Assembly (NCBI RefSeq): GCF_036971445.1 | Contig: NC_091471.1 | Coordinates: 298,220,001 to 298,284,000, forward strand | Direction: 5' to 3' | DNA from: Narcine bancroftii | Lineage: Eukaryota | Length of the DNA: 64,000 nucleotides | Part shown: piece by piece, positions 1 through 12,419 of the stretch | How the letters are laid out: every line of letters begins with the position of its first letter | Numbering within the stretch: position 1 is the stretch's first letter | Translations under genes and position numbers: made by a program | Notes under the pieces: model-generated | Database searches by the model: none | What the model saw: the letters and a program-made list of their open reading frames with translations, nothing else | Told to the model about the DNA's origin: nothing

Positions 1-1620
1 TAACAACTGAACCTCTGGTGAAGATTATAAGGAGAGATCTGGATATTAAGAGTTGGACAGGAAGAACATAAAATTAGATTATTTGATGATGATGTGCTAT
101 TGTATATTTCTGACCGAGCTGGATACTTGATAAAATTACAAACAATGTTAGAAAAATATGGAAGAATGTCAGGATAGAAAATAAATATGGATAAAGGGAG
201 ATAATCCCATTGCAGAAATTTGATTATGAAAGATATCAAAAAGGTAGTAGATTTAAATTGAAGATGGAATTAAATATTTAGGAATAAAAATGACAATGAT
301 TTACAGAACTTATATAAGCTCAATTATACTCTTATAGATAACATAGAGAAAGATTTACAGAAATGGAAAATCTGCCGATTGATAGAAAAGGTAAATTGTA
401 TAAAAATGAAGGTAATGTCAAGACTACAGTATCTTTTTCAATAGCTTCCTATTGCATTAACAAAAAAAAAGTCTTTAAATGATGACATAATTGTCTAAGA
501 CAATTCCTATGGAATAACAAAGTACAAAGAATTGAACTTGAAAAGTTAACGTGTAACTATAAATTGGGAGGACTTAAGACTTTAAGAAGTATTATCAATT
601 AGCACAAGCAAGATTTCTTTGAAGAAAACAGTCACCTTTTGTGCATTCAAATGGGATTGAATTCAATAAAGGAGGAGACAATGAAGGGCTTTATTTATAT
701 GTGGAATGTTAAGTCAATAACAAAAAAAAACATAAATCTGTTTTAATACATACGATTAGAATATAGCAAGAAATAAATGAGTATATCAGGAAAAAAAAGC
801 AGATATATCACGGAGGACACCATTATGTAAAAATGCACTACTGTCTAAGAATCTGGGTAACAAAATATTGAATTCATGGTATGACAAAGGAATAAGATAT
901 GTTGATGATTGTTAAAGGGAAGGATCTCTTATGTCTTTTGAATAATTAAGAAATAAGTATGGAGTAGCTTATGGGACATTCTTTTGCTTTCTCCAGTTAA
1001 GATCTTTCTTAAGAGAAAGATGGGGACCAAATTTGACACTACCTGAAATTAGCGAGATGGAACAAATGATTTGGCTGGGGAACAGAAATTACATAAATCA
1101 AAATCGGAAATATTGGAGATGTGTTTTAGATCTGCAGCATTAATAGGAACGTTTGTACATGCTACGTGGTCGTGTGTGGCAGGAGATTACTGAAATACTA
1201 ACAAGGATAATGGGGATGTCCTTCGCTGATGACCCGGAGCTTTATCTTTTGGGCAATTTTATTGAAAAAAATAATGAAATAACTTAATTTCAAATTTAAT
1301 TTGTTAAAATAGCATTAGCTGTGGTGAAGAAATGTATTGCGATTACTTGGAAATCTGACTCCCTTCTACAAATTGCACAATGAAAGACAGATGAACAGTT
1401 ATATACCGATGGAGAAAAATCATACAATCTAAACAAATCTGACATTTATAAAAATATAAATACGGGGCCCCAAATATAATTATAAAAAAGTGCTACTATT
1501 ATAAAAATATACGTGGCCTCCCCAATGAAAACCCAACTGTAGCCCCTGACGTTGTATGGATTTATACTGAGAAGGGGGTGGGAGGGAAGGGGTGGTTGTG
1601 TTTTGTAAGAAAGAGTTTAA
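1..1620 (+). mobile_element. Degenerate L1-clade LINE (ORF2 RT and C-terminal region plus 3' UTR), cut by the window edge
   Basis: Broken frames give RT motif 'IRLFDDDVLLYISD' (~75-115), 'KYLGIK' and 'KVNCIKM'. Similar to the L1 at 13.2-14.9 kb. G-rich 3' UTR. Many stops and frameshifts. Confidence 0.85.
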
Positions 1621-1767
1621 AGAAATATCTTCATATAATTAAAAAAAAACCCTTTTTCTTACAAAGCACAACCACCCCTTCCCTCCCACCCCCTTCACAG
1701 TATAAATCTATACAACATCAGGGGTTACAGTTGGGTTTAAATCAAGAAGTTTTCATTGGGGAGGCCA
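1514..1767. repeat. Long inverted repeat (fold-back) of L1 3' UTR sequence
   Basis: 1514-~1618 is the reverse complement of ~1647-1767 (tggcctccccaatgaaaac...gggagggaaggggtggttgtg) with few mismatches and one ~14-nt indel. Confidence 0.9.
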
Positions 1768-1869
1768 GATGTTCATTTTTCCAAAAATAAAATATTCAAA
1801 AAAATACCCCATCATCTTGGCCCATACCCCAGCTTCTTTCCCTCTTTATTAATGTATCAACCCCTTCTC

Positions 1870-2000
1870 TTCAGTCTTGATAAAAGGTCCCAACCAAAAT
1901 GTTGACAGCTCGTTTCTACCCTCAGCTGCTGTCTGACCCACTGAATTCCTCCAGCAGATCACCGTTGGCTAAAGATTCCGGCATCTGCCGTCTTTGGCCT
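1870..2000 (+). mobile_element. Penelope-like pseudo-LTR fragment
   Basis: Decayed hammerhead-like cttgataaaaggtcccaaccaaaatgttgac followed by gctgtctgacccactgaattcctccagca, the family signature seen repeatedly in the window. Confidence 0.6.
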
Positions 2001-2419
2001 TCTCCTGTGGAGGAGATTTGTTCTGAAATCAACAGGAGCCACGAACATGAAAGTGTTACTGCTGGTGGTCTCTGGGAGAAAGTAGTCATCAAATCAGTAA
2101 AAGGTGGTTGTATAAAGATGGTAGGTCAGATAGCGAAGTACTTATGTGAGGCAAGTCAGAACAGATTATATTGACATTGCACAAATCACTTGAGATAATG
2201 ATACAAGAGTTCAGAGAGCAATGGCCAGCATATTAGGGCCACAGGGACAAAAGTAGAAGAAGGAAACTAAAAAAAAATATTTTGATGGTTAGTACAGTTT
2301 AATGATGGTAAATAAATAATCTTACATAATGAACTTAAAAGTCTGAGGTACAAGTGCAAAAGGGTCTAGATATGCGAGGCCATGTGGCTTCTTTGAAATC
2401 CAGTCCTTTTCCTGGTATT

Positions 2420-2740
2420 TTAATACACAAAAGTACTGGAGAAATTCAGCAGGTCACGGAGAATTCATAGGAAGCAAAGATACATAACCAATGTTTCAGT
2501 CCCGAGACTTTTAACAGGATATGAGCAAAATGCAGGCAGGTGCCTACATAAAAAGGTGGGGGAAGAAGAGGTAGGGGGAGGAGCACAGGCAAGATGTCAT
2601 AAGTGGATATGGGGGTTGAGGGTGGGGAGCTGAATAGAGTTGAACAAGAAAGTCCGCAGGCACTGTGATTGCAGTTTAATACCCCAAAGTATTGGAGAAA
2701 CTCAGCAGGTCATGCAGCATCTATAGGAAGCAGGTACATG
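2420..2740 (-). mobile_element. Two Penelope-like pseudo-LTR fragments
   Basis: Two copies of aaagt(a)ytggagaaaytcagcaggtca...ataggaagca, matching the end of the Penelope element at 4575. Confidence 0.65.
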
Positions 2741-3278
2741 TCTTAACAGCCTTCAGTGTTGCAGAGAACAGCTACCATCACCCTTTGTTCCTTAAGTGAT
2801 GAAGTTAAAAATCTGTGTCCTCGAGTTACTGACTCAGCTCAGAGATATTTAACCATATCGCTTTTGTTTTCTCCCCCCCCCCCCCAGGGAAAGTTGCAAA
2901 AAGAGCATCTCATCGTTGGAGTAATGAGTTGATAGGTGATTCTGAAGAGTGGCTAAAGTGATATTCATTAAGACTTTAATTTGGGAGAGGGCAGTGTGAG
3001 ACCTGATCAATTATATTTTAATCCAAGTGCATTTTGCGTTTGTCCAACTACACTAAAATCTTGTTTTCAACAACATTTCAAACCCTGAATTTGCATAGCT
3101 TTCGAAAAGGCAAGTACACGCAACTCCCGCTGCCTTGTAAAAGCAGCCAACACATTAATCCCACGTCATCCCACCCCCACAACCCTCATCCCTTCAGGAA
3201 GATTCACGAGTGTGAGATCAAGCACCCCCAGATTCCAAACAGTTACTTTTTGTGCTGCCTTTGCTCCGTACCAACTGA

Positions 3279-3279
3279 C

Positions 3280-3315
<36 letters not shown>
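3279..3315. repeat. (CT)n microsatellite
   Basis: Directly visible. Confidence 0.9.
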
Positions 3316-3319
<4 letters not shown>

Positions 3320-3477
3320 CTCTCCCTTTCATACTTGAACTATATAGAAGATGTCTACAAGACTGCTCACAAAACAATTTCTATAATTGCATTTGATGCA
3401 TTTGTCAATAAATGCGAACTTGATAAATCTGCAATATCATTCTTACAAAACAGGGGATAGCCTCATGGTAAATGTTG

Positions 3478-3700
3478 GGCTACATCGTTAGCATAGCAGT
3501 TAGTACAATAACATTTTAGCGCCAGTGACCTGGTTTAGTCTGCCACTGTCTGCAAGGAGTTTGTATGTTCTTCCGGTGTCCGTGTGGGTTTCCTCCGGGT
3601 GCTCTGGTTTCCTCCCACCGTTCACATCATACAGGGGTTGTTGGTTAATTGGGCAACACAGACTCATGCGGTTACCATGCTGTATATCCTAGCCATAACT
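3478..3700 (+). mobile_element. tRNA-derived V-SINE-like element
   Basis: Central V-domain-like gtgtgggtttcctccgggtgctctggtttcctccc. Homologous copies at 6.0, 23.7, 56.0, 57.1 and 60.3 kb. Confidence 0.75.
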
Positions 3701-3984
3701 TAAACTTTTTTTTTGTAACAGGGAAAAGCAACCTAACGTTGTCAACCAAATGGTTTTCTTACCACCAAAGCAAACTCCAGTCCCAATAAAAGGCCCTGAT
3801 CCAAACAATTGACCAACCATTTCTACCCATGGATGCTGCCTGACTCTTTGAGTTCTCCCAGTAGCTCATCATTAGCTCAACACCCAAGTTCAAAATAACT
3901 CACCTCATGAACTTGGAAACCATTACTTGTTACAATGTGGCACCAGCAAAGCTTCATGAACACATTAACCTGTCTCTATTGGCG

Positions 3985-4470
3985 TGGATTCCCCTGGCAT
4001 CAATATACGCCAATGTCACTGTGGCAACGCCATTCCCCTGCCATCAACACCACAGCAATGTCACTGTGGCAATGCCATTCCCCTGCCATCAACACCACAG
4101 CAATGTCACTGTGGCAACACCATTCCCCTGCCATCAACAGTACGGCAATGTTAGTGTGGCATCGCCATCCCATGGTATTGATACCATGGTAATATCACCG
4201 CTGCAATGTTATTTTTCCCAATATCTGCATCACAGAAATGTCACCATGGTAATATCATTATTCCTGAATTGGCACCATGGCAAAATCACTGTGGCAACAC
4301 CATTCCACCAGCATCAACACCACAGCAATGTTACTTAGCAACACCACTCCCCTCAGTTCAACACCACAGCAATGTTACCTTGGCAACAGCATTCCCCTAG
4401 CATCAACACCATGGCAATGTTACCACAGTAACGCCTTTTCCCCATCAATTTTACCGCGGCAATGCCAGTC
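3985..4470. repeat. Degenerate 45-bp minisatellite (~10 copies)
   Basis: Unit cacagcaatgtcactgtggcaacaccattcccctgccatcaacac. Gives the 15-aa period NVTVATPFPCHQHHS in the ORF track. Confidence 0.9.
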
Positions 4471-4574
4471 CTCATGCATCTACACCAAGGAAGTCAATGT
4501 TCAAATTTATTGTCAGTGTACATGCGACATCACATGCAACCCTGTGACCCTTTTTCCTGCTTTAAAAACATGAT

Positions 4575-5515
4575 TCTGGAGAAACTCAGCAGGTCAAGCA
4601 ATGTTCATTATATAGCAAAGATAAATAAATAACCAATGTTTCAAGCCTAAGCCCTTCATCGAAGTATGAGTGAAAGGTTGGCAGGTGGAGAGCAAGGGGA
4701 CAAGGTGGATAAGGGAGAGAGGGCACATCAGAAATCATGAAAGGGGGAAGGCTCTGTGAATGTAGAGGTAAGGGGTGGAGAGCTGGAGGAAAGAAGACAG
4801 AGAATGGGAAAGGAGGGAGAATGTGGAGCAGGGTAGCAGAAACCAGAGAACTCTGGTCGCAGAGTGCCCAAATGGAAAATTAGGTGTTCCTTCTCCAATT
4901 TACAGGTGACCTTGGTTTGGCAGTGCATGAGGCCATAGACAGACATATCAGCGAGGGAATGGAGCACAGAACTGAAATGCTTTGCCACTGTGAGATCCCT
5001 GTCATTTATGCAGACTGAGCAAAGTTGCTCAGCAAAGTGATCTAGTCTCTCTGATGTAGGGAAGGCCAGAACAGGAGCATGGGATGCAGGAGATGAATCC
5101 CGCAAAAGAGGAATCCAGCAGATTCACCATGAAGTGTTGCTTCACTTAGGACTGTTTGGAGCCCTGAATTGTGAAGAGGGAAGAAGTGTGGCACTTACTG
5201 AGATCATAGGGAAAGGTGCTAAAGGGGAAATTAGTGGGGAGGGATGAGTGGATGAGTCACAGAGGGAGCAGCCCCAATGGAAGGTGGAGAGGGGAAGATG
5301 TGTCACCGGGTGTGATCACGATGCAGGTGATGGAAATTGTAGAGGATGATGTTTCGGATATGGAGGCTGGTGGGGTGGTAGGTGAGGACAAGGGGAAGCT
5401 GGTTTTTGTGGTATCTAAGTGCAGAGGGAGCCAGGGCAGATGTGTGGAAAATGGACAAGATGAGGTGAGGGCTGAGATGATGGTGGTAGAGGGGAATACA
5501 CATTTTTTTTTTGAA
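4575..5515 (-). mobile_element. 5'-truncated Penelope-like retroelement (RT C-terminus, GIY-YIG remnant, pseudo-LTR)
   Basis: Minus-strand ORFs give 'PLVLTYHPTSLHIRNIILYNFHHL' and 'VAKHFS..HSLADMSVYGL...KLEKEHLIFHLGTLRP', typical of the Penelope ORF C-terminus. Ends in a hammerhead-like cttcgatgaagggcttaggcttgaaacattgg. Confidence 0.85.
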
Positions 5516-6034
5516 GTGGAAGATTGCAAAAATTATTTTTCCTGCGGGCCAGGTAAGATTTCTACTTACCGGAACCAACATTCAATTCAAGAAATAAATT
5601 AAAGACATTTAATCTTGCTTCGTTCAAGAAGGAATATGTATAAAAGAGCTGCTGTTGGTATTATTAGCAATCCCACTCATGATGCTAAGCCCATCGCCCA
5701 CGCATACCTGTGGTGGATGTGGCTTGTGAGGTTTCATGGAGAAATTTTCACAAACCACCGCTCACTATCACACTGTACAGAGTTTTTTTTTGTTTCCTAA
5801 AGCATCTCAAGACTATATCAGTAATATTAAGAGGAAATATAACTAAAATGCAGAAAAGGTTTGTGGTAGTGCAACACTACATTTTTAACCGTATCTTGAT
5901 ACTGAAAGCTGGCACAGATTGAAGCCCGGAAGTAATACAAAATGCAAGAAAGTACTGGCAACATACAAATTTAGTTTTCTCTGGCAATGCAAAATTTCAC
6001 AAGTAATTCATTTGACAAAATATATTAAATAACC

Positions 6035-6270
6035 TCGGCACGGTTAGCGTAGGGGGCAGCACAGTGAGCGCAGCGCTATTACAGCGTGAACGATTGGGAC
6101 CAGGGTTCGAATCTTGCGCTGTCTGTAAGGAGTTTGTACCTTACTGTTCTGGCGTGTGTTTCTTCCCACCGTTCAAAATGTACCAGGGGTTGTAGGTCAA
6201 TTGGGTGTAATTGGACGGCACTGGCTCGTGGATCAGAAGGGCCTGTTACTGTGCTTTGTGTCTAAATTAA
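6035..6270 (+). mobile_element. V-SINE-like element
   Basis: tRNA-like head (ggcacggttagcgtag...gggttcgaatc, A/B-box-like) and a body matching the other copies. Confidence 0.75.
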
Positions 6271-6819
6271 AAATCAGTCATGGGCTTCAAAATTTAGGTG
6301 AATGAGAGAACGATAAAGAGAGGAGCATATTTTGCAATTATATACAATGGAACAAAACACAATATCGGAATTAAATTCTCCCTATTCAGAGTGAATTTCT
6401 TCTGGCTCAAAGTTCCAGTACATTCTATTTGAATACAAGCATAATTTCTGTCTCCTCTGTGCAAAATTAGCTGACACTTTTTTCCTTAAACAGGATCCAA
6501 TTCCTGCTCATTCACCTTGCCTGGCATTTTAGAACTGTTAAAAAGTTAAATCTGTTTTTTTTTTGCCTTGATCCTTGATCAATAGCTAGCATTTACAGTT
6601 GCCAATAAATGAAGCAAACATGTCATTAATCTACATGCAATGCTAAATTGTATAATTAACTCATGATTTCATTCAGGTTAATTGAATTATTATTAATAAA
6701 ACCCCAAAAAAGCCACTGTCCAGTAACATGCATCGTGGTGTCAAAGCATTTCCATAGTTTTATACCAAGCTTGCAAAGAACACAAACTTTAATTATGCAC
6801 ACTATTGCAGCAACAACAA

Positions 6820-7345
6820 AAAAACTCAACGTTAGCAAAACTAAGGAACTGATTGTGGACTTTAGGAAGGGGAAATCAAGAGAACAAAAAACAGTCCTCA
6901 CCCAGCAATGGAGAGCGTAAAGAACTTCAAGTTGGTTGCTGGGTGTCAACAACTCTCAATAGTGATCCTGAGGCTGTTGTGTCGGTGCAATCATGAAGAA
7001 GGCTCACCTGTGGTTAATTCTGACTGGTTGCATCATTGTCTAGTAATAGCTACAGAGGGTTGCGAATGAGGCCCGTGCCATCAAGGGTATTAGTCTTCAC
7101 TCCAGTAAGGACATCTTTAAGATGCAATGTCTTAAGGAAGCAGTCTCTATCCTCAAGGACCCTCACCTCCGAAGCTATGTCCTTTTCTCACTGCTACAAT
7201 TGGGAGGTGGTACAGGAGCCTGACGACAAACACCCAGTGTTACAAAAACAGTTTCTTCCCCTCCACCATCATGTATCTGAATGGACAATGAACCACAGAC
7301 ACGACCTCACTGTTTTCTCTTCTTTTGCACTAATTATTTTTATTA
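6820..7345 (+). mobile_element. Rex1/Babar-type LINE 3' fragment; its tail continues at 12420-12540
   Basis: 'LNVSKTKELIVDFRKG' motif. Colinear with the uninterrupted copy at 18730-19425. Confidence 0.8.
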
Positions 7346-7541
7346 ATAGAAAAAACGCCTTTAAACATGGTATTCTAATTAATAACAAATCAAAATCATA
7401 CATAATCACACAAAAATTGTAAATCAAAAAGTATAATCATAAATAATTACTTAAACCTATCCCATTCAAAACATCGATTTCTACAGTTATAATGAGTTAA
7501 TAGTTAATCCATTCCTCATAATATGGCCAGTATTAATGCTG

Positions 7542-7695
7542 TGTAGCGACGGCATCATGTGGGTCACCAAGCACGGGCTTCTGAGCCCGATGCCGAGGTC
7601 GGGAGGAAACCCCTGATAGCGCCATTTTGGCCGGCTGCCCCGTCGCGTGCGTGACAAGCGGGGTTGGTTTGCCTGCCTAATGGCAGACTGCCACA
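7542..7695 (-). repeat. Gypsy 3' LTR with internal deletion
   Basis: Aligns to 11244-11543 but lacks about 145 bp. Adjacent to the PPT. Confidence 0.9.
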
Positions 7696-7719
7696 CAGCA
7701 CCCCCTCCCTGACCCTGCT

Positions 7720-10500
7720 TTTTCGGTTGGGCCACAACTACTGGCTCAGTGGGGTCAAGGTGAGTTGGCTTTAACCTGTCCACCATAAACAGTTCCCTCT
7801 TACCACTGATGTCCAGTGTGAAAGTGGATCCTGAACGCTGGATGACTTTGTACGGCCCTTCCTATGGTCTGCGGTGGGGTGTGAAGGAGTCCAACTGGGC
7901 CCGGAGGCAGGAAAGTACACTGTGCAGTGACTGCACGGTGTTCAGTGAGGTGCGCTGAAGAACTCACCGGGTAGGGCTAGCGGTGCACTGTAAACCAGCT
8001 CGGCTGATGACGCCTGTAGGTCTTCTTTGGGTGTTGAGCAGATGCCCAGGAGCACCCAAGGCAGCTCGTCCACCCAGTCGGGGCCATTGAGGCGGGCCAT
8101 CAGTGCCGACTTAAGGTGGTGGTGCAATCACTTGACTAGCCCATTGGTAATAGGCTGTGGTGTGATGTAGCTCGATCCCCAGCCTGTTGGCGAGCTGTGC
8201 CCACAGCGCTGAGGTGAACTGGGCACCCCGATCACTGGTGAGGTGGTTCGGGATGCCAAACCAGGAAAACCAACTGTTCAAAAGCACTGGGGAGCAGGAG
8301 ATCGTGGAGGCATCTGGCATCGGGTTCGCCTTGGGCCAATGAGTGGTGCGGTCTACCACTGTGAAAAGGTAACGGTTACCTCGGGAAGCGGGTAAGGGTC
8401 CGACAATGTCCATATGTATCTGGCTGAACCATTCCCGGACGTGTTCAAAATCTTGTATGGGTGCTCTGGTGTGCCTGTGTACCTTGGAAAGCTGGCAATA
8501 GGTGCAGGTTGTGGCTCAGTCCACAATCTGCTTCCAAAGCCCATGCCAGATGAAATGTTCTGCCCATATGGACCTTGAACCTAATGGAAGGGTGGGAAAG
8601 GTCATGGATATGGTGAAAGCCTTGCCTGCACCAATGCTGGGGAACCACTGGACACGCACAGGATGGTGCCCTCACCATGAGGAGTTGGGAGGTCCTGGAA
8701 CCACAGGTCTGTGATGGCAGTCCTGAAGGCCCATGTCTCCTCGTTGGACTTCTGGTCCCGAGCAAGCTGGTCAAAGTCGAGGCCGGGTGTCAGCGCGCAA
8801 ATGGCCAGTCGTGGGAGTGCGTCGGCGACCACGTTGGCTTTTCCCGCCTTGTGCCGAATGTCGGTGATGAACTCCGACACGAAGGAGAGGTGACGCTGTT
8901 GGCGGGCCGACCGGGGATCTCTTGCCATAGCGAGTACCTGAATGAGGGGTTTGTGGTCGGTAAAAATGGTGAAAAACCACCCCTCCAAGAAATAGCGGAA
9001 ATGATGCACCGCCAGGTAGATGGCCAGCAACTCACAATCAAAAGTGCTATACTTGCACTCTGACGGGCGAAGAAGTTGGCTAATGAATGCCAGTGGTTTC
9101 CACTGTCCATTCGCCTGCTGCTCCAGGACAGCGCTGACGGCTATGGCAGAGGCATCAATGGAGAGCGCCATATGCAGGTCAGTGCATGGGTGGACGAGAA
9201 GGGTAGCCTTCGCGAGGGCATCTTTCGTGGCTTCAAATGCTCTGCTGGCCTCTGGAGTCCAAGCGAGTGTCTTGTCTTTGGCTGCGATGAGGGCGAAGAG
9301 CGACTTCATGATGCGCGCAGCACCTGGAATGAAGCGGTTATAGAAATTGACCATACTCGTGAACTCCTGTAGCCCTTTGATTTGTCTGGGCGAGAGAACT
9401 CCCTAACTGCAGTGACCTTTGTAGCAGCAGCTGTAGCTCCTTTGGCCATGATGGTATGACCCAGGAACCACATGGACTCTTTCCCAAACTGGCATTTGGC
9501 CGGATTGACCATTTGGCCGAAGTCGGCCAGTCGGGAGAAGAGGGTGCGCAGGTGAGACGTGTGTTGTGTCCGGTCTCAGCTGGCAACAAGGAGGTCATCC
9601 AGGTAAATGAATACGAAATTCAAATCCCTGCCCACTGTGTCCATGAGGTGCTGGAAGGTCTGGGCGGCATTCTTGAGCCCGAATGGCATGCGTAGGAACT
9701 CGAACAAGCCGAAAGCAGTGATGATGGCCGTTTTGGGTATGTCCTCAGGGTGCACCGGGATTTGGTGATACCCACGCACCAGGTCAACCTTGGGGAATAC
9801 CCTCGCACCATGCAGGTTGGCCGTAAAGTCCTAGATGTGAGGGATCGGGTAACGGTCAGGTACTGTTGCATTGTAAAGCCATCGATAATATCCGCAGGGG
9901 CGCCAGCCACCAGAGGCTTTCAGGACCAGGTAGAGTGGTGAGGTCCAAGGACTGTCGGAGTGTTGAATGATCCCCAGCTCCTGCAGATGTGAAAACTCTT
10001 CCTTCACTATCTGGAGCTTATCCGGCGGGAGCCAGCGTGCCTTGGCGTGGACCGGCGGGTCTTGGGTGGGTATGTAATGATGAGGCGGTGGAGAACTGCA
10101 GCTTGAGGAGGGACGGGACTCATCCAGGATACGCTAAAACTAATCCTTGAGCGTGCCGACAGTGGGAAACTGCGGCTGCTCTGTGAGGGAGGCATTGAGG
10201 TGAATGTCGACTAGGAGTTCGTGGGCGAGGAGGATGGTGGTTGGGAGTGACGAAACGGTGAACCTCCGCGAGAACTTCCGCTGGATGATCTGGAAGTGGA
10301 CGGTCTTGTCTCCATACGTTCTGATCTCCGCCAAATTGGCTGCACGGAGGGGAGGTCCTCGAGGCTGGTTCCAGGACTCGATGGCTGTGGCCGGAATGAC
10401 GCTGATCTGGGCCCCAGTGTTGACGAGGAAGCATCGGCCACTGACTGAATCCCGCAGGTAGAGAAGGCTGTGTTGTTGGCCAGCTGCCGCAGCCATTAAC
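7720..10500 (-). pseudogene. Gypsy pol pseudogene (protease, RT, RNase H, integrase)
   Basis: PR 'FLVNTGAQISVIP' (catalytic D>N); RT 'MPFGLKNAAQTFQ...IYLDDLLV'; RH 'IDASAIAV...TDHKPL'; IN 'DIVGPLP...SDRGAQFTS'. Split across frames. Confidence 0.93.
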
Positions 10501-11242
10501 AGCGGCCGGCCTGCCTGTTTCCCTGGAATGAGCAGGGCTGACAACACTTCTGAGCCTTGGCTCCCCAGCGCTGGTGGAAGAAGCAGAGGCGTGAAGTAGA
10601 TGGCTTGCTTCTAGCTATGCTCTTTGAGGACCCTGCAGGGGCCAGGTGTTCCACCGCAATGCAAAAGGAGGGCTTGGCATGGTCACGCCTGTGACTCGTA
10701 ACCTGCTGAACTCTCCGGAAATCGTTCGAGCCATAACTCCTGAGCCTTTGAGCGACCTTCCTAGGGTCGACAAAGCCCTCCTGGGACAGCAACGGCCGGA
10801 TGTCTTCAGGCAGATGGTCGAGGAAGATGCGCTCGAAGAGTGGGCAGTTGGTGTGATCACTCATGAGCATATCGTCCATCAACTCGATTAGAGTTCTGTC
10901 CCCAAAGGTGTTGAGGTGCAGCATCCAAGCAGCACGCTGGTGCCTGGAGAGGACGAGGAAGCCGGTGAGCACCTGCTCGATGGTCCCATACTCATCTTCT
11001 GTGGGTGGGTGCTGAATTAGAGGCTGTACTCGTTTGGCAGTGGCCTGGTCCAGGGCAGCGACCACATGATAGAACTTGGTTGAATCTGATGAAATCTGGT
11101 GGAGATGAAACTGAGCCTCTGCATGGCTGATCCAGGTCTCTGGCTCCTGAACCCAGAAGTCAGGAAGCTTGATGGCTATAGCGTTGATCGAAGGGTCATT
11201 CACGTCGGGTTCAATGACGTTTGAACCTGTCGGGGTCATCAA
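10496..11242 (-). pseudogene. Gypsy gag-like ORF (248 aa)
   Basis: 'IKLPDFW..EPETWISHAEAQF' N-terminus and C-terminal 'CFFHQRWGAKAQKC..PC' knuckle typical of this Gypsy gag type. Confidence 0.85.
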
Positions 11243-11243
11243 C

Positions 11244-11543
11244 TGTAGCGGTGGCTACACTGCTAACTGAAAGATCGCACAACCAGATGAGTTGAGTTCA
11301 GTGAGCAAAACTGATTTATTGCAGGCTACCTGGCTGGTCTTATACTCCCAGCCCGGACCCGGCTTAGAACTGTGGTGGGGGGGCCACAACGTCACCGGAG
11401 CATCACGTGGGTCATCAAGCGCGGGCTTCTGAGGCCGGTGCCGAGGTTGGGAAGAAACCCCCGATAGCGCCATTTTGGCTCGCTGCCCCGCCGCGCACAT
11501 GACAAGCGGGGCCAGTTCACCTGCCTAATGGCGAACCGCCACA
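11244..11543 (-). repeat. Gypsy 5' LTR (300 bp)
   Basis: TG...CA ends. Minus-strand TATAA (11340-11344) and AATAAA (11315-11320). Followed by the PBS. Confidence 0.92.
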
Positions 11544-12419
11544 GCTGAATGGAAAATAGATAAGATACAATTAAGAATCCCTTTTATATAGGATTTTTAT
11601 ACTTCTCAGATGTTTGTGTCTTATTCAATGATCCACAGTTAAAACCATCTTAACCTAGTTTATCTATAATAAAAAAAAATAGGAAAGAGAAAAACCCACA
11701 ACAATCCAACTCCTCCCTCTAAAGAAGATTAACGTATTAATTATATAGATATGAATCAAATAACAACTTTCAGATACCAGAGAGGGAGTCTCCGAGCATC
11801 CATACACCTTAAATATTCAAGTTGTGATAATAATCCATGAATTGGCCCCACATCTTATCAAATTCAAACTTTACACCTTTGATGTAACATCTAATTTTCT
11901 TTTTCCAAACTTGGGTAAGACATTATATCATCGTAACCATTAAATACGAGTAGGTGAAGAGCTATCTTTCCATTTCATCAGAATTGCTTGCCTAGCTATC
12001 AGCGAGGCAAAAGCTAAGATTATCTTTCGGGTCGAAGTCAAGGATGTATTCTCTTCTAGAGAAGAACCAAATAAACCAAAGGGCATGGTTCTAATTTAAT
12101 CTTCAGAATCATTGATAGTTTGGAAAACATTTTTCCAAAATTTTTCTAAATTAGGGCACTCCTAAAACATATGAATCAATGAAGCTTCAAAGATTTTTAC
12201 ATTTATCACCTAATGGATCAATATCAGAATAAAAACGTAATAATTATTTTAACATTGGGCGTGTATTCTATGTACCACATTAAATTGTAACAATGTCATG
12301 CACAAAATGAGGACCCATTAATTAAATTAAAAGTGGTGCCCCAATCTTCATGTGAAAGTGATATATTTAAATCACATTCCTCATCATTCTTAATCCCAAC
12401 CATTGAGACTGGGATTAAA

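Larger units (their letters stand above)
7542..11543 (-). mobile_element. Two-LTR Ty3/Gypsy retrotransposon, degenerate
   Basis: TG...CA LTRs at 11244-11543 and 7542-7695. GCTG TSD at 7538-7541 and 11544-11547. PBS-like tgatgaccccgac and PPT gggagggggtgctg. Domain order gag-PR-RT-RH-IN. Confidence 0.95.

Noticed and set aside
6035-6115. tRNA gene
   Set aside because: The A/B boxes belong to a SINE head that runs into the SINE body. No complete cloverleaf.
10496-11242. Domesticated (exapted) gag gene
   Set aside because: The ORF appears to pass through a compensated frameshift (the alternative frame reads KAQELWLERFPE), LTRs and TSD are still present, and pol is decayed.
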